A stretch of 42,238 nucleotides of DNA from a virus (lineage: Duplodnaviria; Caudoviricetes). The position numbers and the translations under genes are program-made. Below the pieces are notes generated by a model. That model did not search any database. It worked only from the letters and a program-made list of their open reading frames with translations, and had not been told where the DNA came from. The DNA is taken from IMG/VR virus record IMGVR_UViG_3300048599_000730, positions 1 through 42,238 of that record, one strand, 5' to 3'. Below, piece by piece: positions 26,326 through 35,371 of this stretch. How positions within the stretch are numbered: position 1 is the first letter of the stretch; each line of letters opens with the position of its first letter.

Positions 26326-26739
26326 ATGAATAAAATTGATGATCTAATCTCATTGGCATCAGATGCATTTGTAAATGTCGACGTCGGCGGAGGCAAAATG
26401 GTCTCCGTGCGGCCGATCTCGATCCTGACTATCCTCGAAATCTGGAAGCGCTTTCCCGATGTTCTGAAGATATTGTTCGCCGGTGACGAGCAGCAGATCG
26501 CGGCCGAGGCAATCAAGATCGCCCCCCAGGCTATCGCAGCCATCATTGCCGCAGCGACGGGCTATCCATTTGATTTTTATGTCGAAAAGGCCGTCATTCT
26601 ATGGCCCGACGACATCACGATCCCGCTCCTCGTCAAAGTCCGCGATCTCACCATGCCCGACGGTATCGAGAGTTTTTTCGGCAAGCTGGCGCCGTTACTC
26701 GACGCCAAGGGTCTTCTGGCAAAAGCCCAGGCCGCGTAA
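26326..26739 (+). CDS. Tail assembly chaperone (gpG-like)
   Basis: Between tail tube and TMP; contains an in-frame slippery heptamer. Confidence 0.75.
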   Translation: MNKIDDLISLASDAFVNVDVGGGKMVSVRPISILTILEIWKRFPDVLKILFAGDEQQIAAEAIKIAPQAIAAIIAAATGYPFDFYVEKAVILWPDDITIPLLVKVRDLTMPDGIESFFGKLAPLLDAKGLLAKAQAA

Positions 26740-26954
26740 AGCCCGAGGATGCTGTCGTCAGCATGCTGAAGGCGGCGACGCTCCTCCGATCTCGCGGTGT
26801 CACCGATGCGATTTCGATGTCACCGAGGCAGATCGTCTGGATGACAGCGTGCATGCAAGAGGATCACCGGCGTGAGATCCAGCAGATTGCTGTCGGCACG
26901 GCGGTGGGCATGAGCGGAGACCGAAAAGCCTGGAATACAATCGGAATTGAGTAA
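26673..26954 (+). CDS. -1 frameshift extension of the tail chaperone (gpGT-like)
   Basis: T TTT TTC at 26673-26679 in the correct phase (AGT TTT TTC); the -1 frame stays open to 26954, 2 nt before the TMP start. Confidence 0.7.
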   Translation, partial: FFRQAGAVTRRQGSSGKSPGRVKPEDAVVSMLKAATLLRSRGVTDAISMSPRQIVWMTACMQEDHRREIQQIAVGTAVGMSGDRKAWNTIGIE

Positions 26955-26956
26955 AG

Positions 26957-29107
26957 ATGGCGGACACACGCGTACCGGAGATCAGAACCAGATTCACATT
27001 GGATGGCGTTCGCCAGGCGGCGACGGCTCTGGTGCGTTTCGGATCCGAGGTCAAAACCGCGCTGCGCCCGATCTCCGATTCTGTATCTCGTGTCTCTAGC
27101 CACATCGCCGCCGTCTCCAAAACAGCCGTAGCGGCGACGCGCCAAGTGTCCTCCGCCGCGTCTGCAGCAGCTCGCACGGCGTCGTCGGCCATGTCGTCGG
27201 TCGCCAGTGCGGGTAAAAGGGTATCTCTATGGGGCGGTGCTGCCGGCGCCGCTGGGCTGACGGCGGCTATCAGAACGACGACCGAAATGATCCGCCAGCA
27301 GGAGCGTTTTTCGCGGGCGGCAGGCACATCGACGAGGAATTGGGCGGCTATGAGCGCTGCCGCGGCAAGCTATGGCGTCGAGCAAGATGACCTTATGGGT
27401 GGCCTGTCCGCGCTCTCGGACAAGATCGCTGAAGCGCAAAACGGAAGCGGCGACGCCTTCAATCTCTTCCAGAGCCTGGGCATACCAACCAAGGATCAGT
27501 TTGGTAGACTCCGAGATTCCGTCGACGTCATGCAAGATTTGATGGACGCGACCAGCGGCATGGATCGCACCCGTAAAGCCAACATTTTCAACACTCTGAT
27601 GGGTGGTGACGCCGAAAAAATGGCCGAAATGCTGTCGTCGGTGTCCAGGCGAGACGTCGACGGATGGCGCGAGATCGCTGCGGCTACGGGCACGATAGCA
27701 TCGCCCGAGGACGTGCAGCGGACCCGGGTCTTTTCGCAGTCCATCTCACTGCTGAAGATGTCGGTCAAAGGGCTGGCGGCTGAGATCGCGCAGCGTTTCC
27801 TCCCCATGCTGTCGAGCATGGCGCAGATGCTCGCCGTGACGATCAGCAACAATAGGATCGCGATCGCCGATGGCGTGGTGGCTGGATGGAACCGCTTTAT
27901 GGCTGTCGTCCACGACGTCGTTTGGCTTATCGCTGGACGCCGCACCGGCTTCGAGAATGGGATTTTTGAGCACATTGGCCGAGGCGTGGTGTTGGTCACT
28001 CCAGCGCTCCTCTACCTCAAAACAATCGTCACAGACATTGAGGCGCTCTTCTCGGGAAACGCTAGTGCCGTCCAGAACACATGGATCCTGTCGCTCGCTT
28101 CGCAAATTCAGCAAGCGACGATATATGCAAAAGAACTCTTTTATGCGCTGACGTTTCAAGACAGCAAGGTCGTCGAAAACAGGCAACTGATCTATTTACG
28201 AGAGCAGATAATATTGACCGCACAACTGATCGCGGCGCAGATGATGGCCTACGTTGACCAGTTAAAGCCCTACATTGTTGCCCTGGGGCAAGCCGCAATC
28301 GCTGAGGTCATGCACGTCGTCGGCATCATCTCAGGTGCGATTTCGTCCCTCCGCGACCTAATCAGTGTCGTTTTGTCCGGTTCAGTAGCTAATTTGTCTC
28401 CCGGATGGGTCAAAGACTATGCCTCGCAGATCCTTGAACTTCGTGCAGTTGTACTTCAGTTCGCAAAATCATTTATTTCTGCGTTTCAGATGTTTCAGGG
28501 CGTTCTGAAACAAATAGGTGAATGGCTAAAGCCACTCCTCGACTTATTTGATACAGATATCACGACAGCGTTACTATTCGTCGGCCTACTAAAAATGTCG
28601 GGCATCCTGAAGGCGGGCATTAGCCTCGTAATGCTGCTTGGGCAGGGCTTTGCAGGCTTGTTTGGACTTGGAGCAGGCAGTGCACTCGTCGGTGCTCTCG
28701 GCACCGTTTTGGCGTCCATAACAGCAATCGTCGCCGCGATCGGCGTCGGTGCGGCGGCTGGAGCTTGGGCTGGCAAAAAACTCTACAACGCGACGCTCAA
28801 AAGCGGTGACGACGCAGCATACAACGCGGTGCTCGGCAACATGCGCGCTCAAGACGACGCATACATGTCGTCGCGTCCCTCTCGTCCGACATCGAGCTAC
28901 ATGTCGGACGACGGCGGCATTGACGTATGGGGTTATCGTTCATCCCTATCGTCGGCGGCCAAAACGGCATCAGAGACGTCATCTCCCTCTACAAATATTG
29001 AGTTTAATTTTGGAGATAAATCGGTCTCTGGAAAGTTTCTCCCGAACCGGTCAGAATTTATTAACACGCTTAGACAGATGTCTAGGCGCGGTCTGGCAGG
29101 TATTTAA
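26957..29107 (+). CDS. Tape measure protein
   Basis: 716 aa, Ala-rich helical, LFQSLGI..G.LRD motif, hydrophobic Gly/Ala C-terminal segment; canonical position. Confidence 0.88.
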   Translation: MADTRVPEIRTRFTLDGVRQAATALVRFGSEVKTALRPISDSVSRVSSHIAAVSKTAVAATRQVSSAASAAARTASSAMSSVASAGKRVSLWGGAAGAAGLTAAIRTTTEMIRQQERFSRAAGTSTRNWAAMSAAAASYGVEQDDLMGGLSALSDKIAEAQNGSGDAFNLFQSLGIPTKDQFGRLRDSVDVMQDLMDATSGMDRTRKANIFNTLMGGDAEKMAEMLSSVSRRDVDGWREIAAATGTIASPEDVQRTRVFSQSISLLKMSVKGLAAEIAQRFLPMLSSMAQMLAVTISNNRIAIADGVVAGWNRFMAVVHDVVWLIAGRRTGFENGIFEHIGRGVVLVTPALLYLKTIVTDIEALFSGNASAVQNTWILSLASQIQQATIYAKELFYALTFQDSKVVENRQLIYLREQIILTAQLIAAQMMAYVDQLKPYIVALGQAAIAEVMHVVGIISGAISSLRDLISVVLSGSVANLSPGWVKDYASQILELRAVVLQFAKSFISAFQMFQGVLKQIGEWLKPLLDLFDTDITTALLFVGLLKMSGILKAGISLVMLLGQGFAGLFGLGAGSALVGALGTVLASITAIVAAIGVGAAAGAWAGKKLYNATLKSGDDAAYNAVLGNMRAQDDAYMSSRPSRPTSSYMSDDGGIDVWGYRSSLSSAAKTASETSSPSTNIEFNFGDKSVSGKFLPNRSEFINTLRQMSRRGLAGI

Positions 29108-29619
29108 TGCAATCTCCAACGTCCCTAATCATTTCAGAACTCGGAATTGGCTGGCAGTCAGGTCTCGACATCCACGAAAGCCTAAAACCTATCGAAGCCG
29201 GAGAGTTACGCAGAACGGTCAACGGCGACTTAGTGAACCTAACCTCAGTTGAGTTCAGAAGACTCGTACTCCGGATTTCGAGCGACGATATCCGCCCTCC
29301 GGCTCTGTCGCATCTCTGGCGCGGCGACGTGCTGACTGTCGTCCCGGTAACCGAGCTCGGCGATCTGATACCTGCCGGTGGGCACTCTCGAACTCTCGTC
29401 CGGGATCCACACCCGGGATCTGTCCGGTGCCTGACACTCGCATTTGGCGACGTCCCGTGCACCGTAGACGGCCGTGTCGTGACGCTGTCATCGCCAGCCG
29501 CAGAGCCTGCCCGCATCTACTACCGCCCATCGCTGACGATGATGGTGTCCGGCTGGTCTGTCGACGAGAGCGAGGCCGCAGCGTCGTCATCTTGGTCCCT
29601 CGATCTGGAGGAGATCTGA
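29107..29619 (+). CDS. Putative distal tail protein
   Basis: LRRTVNGDLVNL motif; follows the TMP with TAATG coupling. Confidence 0.65.
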   Translation: MQSPTSLIISELGIGWQSGLDIHESLKPIEAGELRRTVNGDLVNLTSVEFRRLVLRISSDDIRPPALSHLWRGDVLTVVPVTELGDLIPAGGHSRTLVRDPHPGSVRCLTLAFGDVPCTVDGRVVTLSSPAAEPARIYYRPSLTMMVSGWSVDESEAAASSSWSLDLEEI

Positions 29620-31448
29620 TGCTCTATTTTGCGTGGATCTCCGATCCGCTCGCACCCTTCGATCCCGTCGCTCATGCCCGCGAAGACCTGCAGGTCTTCC
29701 GTCTCCGGATCCATGAGCAGACAGGCATGATCCCGATTGTCGAGTGCGACATCCGGAATCCAGGCATCGCGGGACTGCTCACGCGCACCGAGCGCTACGC
29801 TCTGATTTCCGAGATGGCGGACGGAGACGACGAACCCGTGCTGCTTGCGCGTGGGCGTCTCGTCGGCGTGCCGACAGAGCTTGCTTCCGATCCGGTGACG
29901 ATAGAGCTCCAGTGTGTCCCTGAGAATGAGGACGATGTCCTGCGCGCCGCGGCGGATGCGATCCGCGTCGGTGAGGTCGCATATGATCCGGATTCACCGG
30001 ATAGCGATGCTGAAGCATATGACCCGCTTTTTGTGGGGCAGGACGGCGATGAAGATCCACAGACCGCGCTCGACGGTAGGCTAGAGGAGTGGAGATGGGA
30101 CCGGCGAAACCTTGCGCTGTCTCGCTCGTCGATGATCTCGGGCCCGCTCGTCGACATCGGTAGCAATGCGCTAGACGGCAGCGTCTCTGCGAAGCTCTTG
30201 GACCCGCCGAAATCGAAGATGCGGCTGCGCGTCATAGCGTCGTGGACGCAAGAAGCCAAAGGCGTCCAGACCTATCCCATCGACGGCGGCAATAGCCAAA
30301 TCGATACCTACACTTATGACGACCTGATCTCGCGATTTCCGCAGCCGGGAACGCCGATTGGCGCGGACACCGGATGGACGCTGGCGGAAGCGAGTATCAA
30401 AGACCTCGGCGGCACAGTCAGCTTCGAATTTGATCAGTCGACGCCGTCGAAATATCCGGCCGGTGCGCTGTTGGTGATGAAATCGCATACGCTGCAAGTC
30501 AATCTGCGTGCGGCCTATGACTACCGGCAGCAGCGTGAAGAGATCTTAGACATTGTGATGCTGTCTGGATGTCAGGATGTGCTTGGCGACGATAAGACGG
30601 AATCCGTTGAAGTCATCAATCTCAACAATTTGAGCGTTGATATTTATACGGATGAGTGGACTTACGAGGATCCGGATACGCTGAAAATCAAGACATACGC
30701 TGTTGGCGACACGGTAACGGCGTACGGCCGCACCTGGGTCTGCGTGCACGCTCACGGCGCGACAGAGGCTTTCCAGCCGTACAAGGACGAGATCCAATTA
30801 TGGCAACGGACGACGTCACAAGCTGCGATGAAGGATCTCCGCAACCCGCGCTTTTTCGACAGCAATCGCGGCCGTCGGGCCGCCAGGCATGCAATTCGTC
30901 GTCTCCGTCGCAAACTGGTGCAGCGCGCGAGAGCATTGGAAATCTCATTCGAACTCGCCTGGCCTCTCGCTCGATTGCTGACGACGGACCACCAGGTCCG
31001 CATCGAGTACCGCCACCTGCCCGGGGGAGAGTCGACAGGCAAGGTTCGTGAGATCGAGCTCACGGCCGACGATCGAGGCCGTCGGATTGCTCGTGTCGTC
31101 ATTGGGGTGCTCCTCGGCTCCGGAGCCGTCCCGACACAACCTGTTGGCAGCGAGAGCACTGATGGAGTGGTCTACACGATGAGCGGCAAGGCACCTCGCG
31201 TGCCCGTCGACGCGTATAGCCTGGCCGACAAGGCGCCGACGGTCTTCGAGCTCGTCAACAATGCGGCCAGCCAGACAACGGCGATGCTCGTTTCTGCAGA
31301 TCCCGAAGCGACACTCGCATCGATGCCGACGGTCGCAACGATTGGCTTCGAACCGCTGCGAGAAGAAGACCTTTTGCCTCGTCGGCTATCTGTCGTGTGC
31401 CAGCCGCCGGAAATTCCGGCGGGCATCAACTTGACGGCGGAGGTTTGA
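29619..31448 (+). CDS. Tail tip / baseplate hub-like protein
   Basis: GGAGGAG SD, start MLYFAW; insert YAVGDTVTAYGRTWVC..H..W resembles a CBM5/12-like module. Confidence 0.7.
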   Translation: MLYFAWISDPLAPFDPVAHAREDLQVFRLRIHEQTGMIPIVECDIRNPGIAGLLTRTERYALISEMADGDDEPVLLARGRLVGVPTELASDPVTIELQCVPENEDDVLRAAADAIRVGEVAYDPDSPDSDAEAYDPLFVGQDGDEDPQTALDGRLEEWRWDRRNLALSRSSMISGPLVDIGSNALDGSVSAKLLDPPKSKMRLRVIASWTQEAKGVQTYPIDGGNSQIDTYTYDDLISRFPQPGTPIGADTGWTLAEASIKDLGGTVSFEFDQSTPSKYPAGALLVMKSHTLQVNLRAAYDYRQQREEILDIVMLSGCQDVLGDDKTESVEVINLNNLSVDIYTDEWTYEDPDTLKIKTYAVGDTVTAYGRTWVCVHAHGATEAFQPYKDEIQLWQRTTSQAAMKDLRNPRFFDSNRGRRAARHAIRRLRRKLVQRARALEISFELAWPLARLLTTDHQVRIEYRHLPGGESTGKVREIELTADDRGRRIARVVIGVLLGSGAVPTQPVGSESTDGVVYTMSGKAPRVPVDAYSLADKAPTVFELVNNAASQTTAMLVSADPEATLASMPTVATIGFEPLREEDLLPRRLSVVCQPPEIPAGINLTAEV

Positions 31449-31449
31449 G

Positions 31450-31638
31450 ATGGCCGGAAGCGACGAGATCCGAGATCTGCTGCATCGTATGACGACGCGC
31501 GGCACCAGAATGACGTGGACGGCAGATATCCGAGGTAGGCGCGTTCCGGAGTCGGAAGGCTACCTCGTTATCGGAGGGCCCGGGCCTGTCGACGCCAAAA
31601 CCGCGCTCGTCGCCGTCAAAGTGCCGAGTGCAACTTAA
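31450..31638 (+). CDS. Small hypothetical tail-module protein (possibly truncated)
   Basis: GGAGG SD, 1 nt after the previous stop. Confidence 0.5.
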   Translation: MAGSDEIRDLLHRMTTRGTRMTWTADIRGRRVPESEGYLVIGGPGPVDAKTALVAVKVPSAT

Positions 31639-31702
31639 TCGCGTATGATGTGATTCCTAGTCACCTGAGAGGCTGCGCCTTACAAGCTGCGGAGATAAGA
31701 TC

Positions 31703-32110
31703 GTGCGAACGTCGATGGCGTTAACTTTTGCACTCGCCGCTACGGTTCTGGCTTCCGTAAGTGCAGACGCGCAGAGCAGAAAAATTATTAGGCCAAGTGA
31801 ACTTGAAAATCTATGTGAAGCATCGATTGTTGTTAAAGAACATAATGGTCAGGTTACTGGAACGCAGGATATTCTAGATAGTTATTATATTTGCACGTCG
31901 TATATCGCGGGATTTATCGATACAATTCGCGTGTTGAGAGAATTTAGATCGCTACCAAAGGATTTCGAAGACTTTTGTTTACCGGATGACGTTTCAATGC
32001 GCACTATAGCGCGGGACTATGCGCGATACTACACTCCGGTGCGCGATCAGATGCTTCATACACCTGTTGTCGTACTGAATCTCCTGCGATCCAACTATGG
32101 TTGCAAATGA
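31703..32110 (+). CDS. Rap1a/Tai-like immunity family periplasmic protein
   Basis: Signal peptide (..ADA-Q); ELENLCE..CTSYIAGFID..FCLP..Y..L..NYGC, the four-Cys Rap1a pattern. Confidence 0.7.
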   Translation: MRTSMALTFALAATVLASVSADAQSRKIIRPSELENLCEASIVVKEHNGQVTGTQDILDSYYICTSYIAGFIDTIRVLREFRSLPKDFEDFCLPDDVSMRTIARDYARYYTPVRDQMLHTPVVVLNLLRSNYGCK

Positions 32111-32146
32111 CGGGCGTCATCAGAGATCGGCTCGACAGGTATAATC

Positions 32147-32464
32147 TCAGTCGTCCTGCCCAATCGGCTCCAGCCACGCCTTCTCTTGCGACGCGTAGTA
32201 AGCAAGCTGCCGCAAGATTGTTGGCAGGCTCTCACGATCCGCGTCAGACAGCGAGTCTGTCTCCAGCGCATCGGCGATCATAAAGAGATGCTCGTGCGCA
32301 CTGTAGAGATCGTCGGCGTCGATCGAGCCGATCTTGATCTGGTACTTTGCGTGATCAATCAACGCGATGCCTTCGATCGGTAGCGTCGTGACCGCTGCAC
32401 GCGCTTCGTACTCCTTCGTCGCTTCCGGCGTCAGCGTCAGAGTGTACTTCGTAATTTCACGCAT
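32147..32464 (-). CDS. Hypothetical protein
   Basis: Plausible ORF starting MREITKY with GAAGGG upstream. Confidence 0.55.
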   Translation of the reverse strand: MREITKYTLTLTPEATKEYEARAAVTTLPIEGIALIDHAKYQIKIGSIDADDLYSAHEHLFMIADALETDSLSDADRESLPTILRQLAYYASQEKAWLEPIGQDD

Positions 32465-32682
32465 ATTAGGATGCCCTTCCGTTGAGGACAGTCCTGGCAT
32501 GTCCAACTCTACCGGTCAATGGGCATAGCCATCTCGGTCAACCCTTGGTAAGCATTGTGTATATAAGAGCAAAACGGAGTGGGATCCCCACCGACAAATT
32601 CATATCAGGTGACCATGGCTGACTTTGGAGGCCAATACATCTGACACTGCGATTGATAGGCGCGCTAAGCGTAAGCGATTCT

Positions 32683-33219
32683 CTATTTTGGAATCTCAAA
32701 CAGCGAGATAATGCTCATTTTTTCTATATCGCTCGCTTGTATACTAATAACGACCCGTTGGTCTCCGTAGCCAAATAGATTAACGGTGTATACGAGGATC
32801 TTCGACACCCCCTGTACTTCATCAATAATCTTCGTGACCTTATACCTCTTCTCGATGGTGCTGATGACGATGTCCTGCGGGATATCGCCGACGGAGATCC
32901 CGCAAGACCGAGACAGGAACGCGCCGTCGCGGCGCTCGCCATATGAGACGATGAATGGGGTTATAGTGTTCGCGATTGCCCATCCGATCTTATTGCCAGG
33001 GGACGCCATCTTCAGTATCTCGTCGTCGACACGAGCGAGCTTCGAGCCAGTCTGTTTCGCGAACAAATCGACGGTCTTTGTGATGTATTTTTCGTCAAGC
33101 TGGCTTGAGACGCAGATCGCGTCAAAGGCTCGAATGACGTCATTAATATCAGGTGCAGCTCGTGCACTTTCTGACGGCATTATGGCAACTAGAACTGCCG
33201 GAATGAGCCATTTTTTCAA
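32683..33219 (-). CDS. Putative exported protein
   Basis: AGGGGG SD, TTG start, signal peptide KKWLIPAVLVAIMPSESARA, two Cys in the mature part. Confidence 0.65.
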   Translation of the reverse strand: MKKWLIPAVLVAIMPSESARAAPDINDVIRAFDAICVSSQLDEKYITKTVDLFAKQTGSKLARVDDEILKMASPGNKIGWAIANTITPFIVSYGERRDGAFLSRSCGISVGDIPQDIVISTIEKRYKVTKIIDEVQGVSKILVYTVNLFGYGDQRVVISIQASDIEKMSIISLFEIPK

Positions 33220-33232
33220 TGGAATGATCCCC

Positions 33233-33523
33233 CTATTTCCCTCGGGCGCACCGAACGTAGTCGATGATGAACATGACGAGAGCGAAGGCGTCGGCCGCCA
33301 TCCATATTGAGCGGGTCGAATGGATCGGAAGTAGAGGATTGAACAGGATCGCAATCGCACCGAAGACCAGCACACGCAAGTCAAAGCGGTGATGCGTTGC
33401 ATATCCCGTCCATGCGATCACAGCCGCTCCGATGCAGATGACGAGCTTGAGTATCGCATAGGCTCCATACGGTAACGGCAGGATTGCGATCCCAGCCGCG
33501 ATCGCCGGAGCAATCCACACCAT
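33233..33523 (-). CDS. DUF6804-like small membrane protein
   Basis: LPLPYGAYAILKLV..AILFNPLLPIH..IWMAAD signature. Confidence 0.75.
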   Translation of the reverse strand: MVWIAPAIAAGIAILPLPYGAYAILKLVICIGAAVIAWTGYATHHRFDLRVLVFGAIAILFNPLLPIHSTRSIWMAADAFALVMFIIDYVRCARGK

Positions 33524-33528
33524 CGGCG

Positions 33529-34341
33529 TCAGCAGCCGAAAGTCCCCTTGAAGAGGCCGTAGAACGGCACCACCACCGAGAGTACCCAGTCCCATCCGCT
33601 GAGATCACGACTATTGCAGCGCATTGCCATATAGATCGTGCCGCCTGGGAAATACATCAGCAGCGCGATAGCGAAGAAGACGAAGCCGATAGCTCCCCCA
33701 AGGAGTGCTTTCATGGTGTCCGATCCCGAGTATGTTGATCCGTATTGTTTTGGGTTGTTTTGCTCAGATGGTGCGTTATCGATGTGGTCGCCAAGGTTAT
33801 ACTGAGGCGGCGTGCCCACTGGCCCGCCAACAGTCATCGTGTTTGTAACGCGTCGAGACTTCCGTGAATAGAGGACCCATAGTCCCATTACTATGAACGA
33901 CGCAACGGTCTGGCCGACGTCAGCATACTCCACAAGCTGGCGTACGCCGATATTGGTGACGCCGGATATTAATACGAGGTCCAGTATCGCAATGATGGGA
34001 ATGGAGAGCCATTGCCACAATAGCCATGACCGGAACGAGCATTTCTTCCCGAAGAGAGCAAAAGTCGTTCCTACAAATATTGCGAAAGACGCTGCATTAA
34101 GCGTAATCTCTCCAAATAACACAGCCTGTGCACCAGAGATCTGCGCGTAACCACTATATAGCTTGAGCTGATACAAAAATCCGAATGCAATGCGCGCAAT
34201 GCCTAGCACCTGCCACACTGCAAGCAGCCCAAGCCAACCCTGGATGCCTTTAAGCGTGTCATTTCTTGGCCTAACAATGGCGTATACAATTATGATCGGC
34301 ACCAACACGATTAGCCAGTGCCAAATAGAGAAAGAGCCCAC
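33529..34341 (-). CDS. DUF2569-like membrane protein with TatA-like N-terminus
   Basis: GAGG SD, GTG start, (M)GSFSIWHWLIVLV; GIQGWL..WVLYSRKSRRVTNT matches DUF2569; extra C-terminal TM region. Confidence 0.7.
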   Translation of the reverse strand: MGSFSIWHWLIVLVPIIIVYAIVRPRNDTLKGIQGWLGLLAVWQVLGIARIAFGFLYQLKLYSGYAQISGAQAVLFGEITLNAASFAIFVGTTFALFGKKCSFRSWLLWQWLSIPIIAILDLVLISGVTNIGVRQLVEYADVGQTVASFIVMGLWVLYSRKSRRVTNTMTVGGPVGTPPQYNLGDHIDNAPSEQNNPKQYGSTYSGSDTMKALLGGAIGFVFFAIALLMYFPGGTIYMAMRCNSRDLSGWDWVLSVVVPFYGLFKGTFGC

Positions 34342-34612
34342 CGTCACCTCTCCAGGGTTGTAGGGATGGTATTGCCCTGGTGTGGTTCGCTGCAAGCGGA
34401 ATGCGAAATATCTTCATCGCATAAGGGATTTATCTAGGCTCGCGGAGTTGGATGTTTGGTGTCTCGTTTGTCCTGGGCGGCACCATAACGCCCAACGAGA
34501 ACAAAAAAAGAACTCGCGTATCGTTGTTGGAATCACGCTGACATGCGACATTGTAGGTTGTGTACTGTGATGTCCGTGATCGTGGGGCTGATCAGCAGCC
34601 AGGGAGTGTCGG

Positions 34613-35371
34613 ATGGCCGAGCGACGGATAAAGAATAATAATGCAGCGCCAGACCTTATTGAGTTCGTAATGAGCGTCATATCAGACGATGAGTCCGAAC
34701 TATCATCCGTTCACGGAACGCTGAGAGCAGGTACGGCAGAGCTAACGATAGACGATTATGAGATTGCAGCGACAATAAGACGTGCTCACATTGTAGTAGA
34801 CCTGACTGGTGAGAAGATTATTGTTGGGTCCCGACTCGGAGAACCCAAGAAGGCCATCGAGATATCTACAAAGGAAGTTACCAAACAACAGTCTGTCATA
34901 AAGACGTCGGCAAACGTTGGAGCCGCCTTAGGCATGAGCTCTTCAGGGGTGGTCGCTGGATCCGCGGAAGTTGGCGGCAAGGTCGCCAAAGATACGAGCG
35001 TTACTACTCAGACCGAAAGCACGGGGGATGTGACGTTCTACCGCGTCAAGGCGTTAGGCGGAGATCGTTGGGAGATTAAGGAACCTGACGGGCAGTGCCT
35101 GAATGAGACCTATCTGGACGGCAGAGAGACGATTTTTAGATTGGAGAAGATTAAGGGGGCTAACCAGTCTTCAATCGCAGTTTCTGTTCGTACGCACAAG
35201 AAAGATATCTGTGTCGAGTTCATAGGTGACGACGTTGGGTGGCTATCTAGGACGAGCGCAAATAAAAAGCGACTTCTTGCGGCTTGGATAAAGAAAATAT
35301 CCTTATCAGACTCACAGACAGCGGACCAGTATGTGACGCTGTCTCAGGCGGACACTCTCCATGAGACTTGA
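34613..35371 (+). CDS. Hypothetical beta-rich protein with Ser/Thr/Gly-rich amphipathic hairpin (beta-pore-former-like)
   Basis: GGGAG SD; ISTKEVTKQQSVIKTSANVGAALGMSSSGVVAGSAEVGGKVAKDTSVTTQTEST; no signal peptide; overlaps the next gene by 11 nt. Confidence 0.6.
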   Translation: MAERRIKNNNAAPDLIEFVMSVISDDESELSSVHGTLRAGTAELTIDDYEIAATIRRAHIVVDLTGEKIIVGSRLGEPKKAIEISTKEVTKQQSVIKTSANVGAALGMSSSGVVAGSAEVGGKVAKDTSVTTQTESTGDVTFYRVKALGGDRWEIKEPDGQCLNETYLDGRETIFRLEKIKGANQSSIAVSVRTHKKDICVEFIGDDVGWLSRTSANKKRLLAAWIKKISLSDSQTADQYVTLSQADTLHET

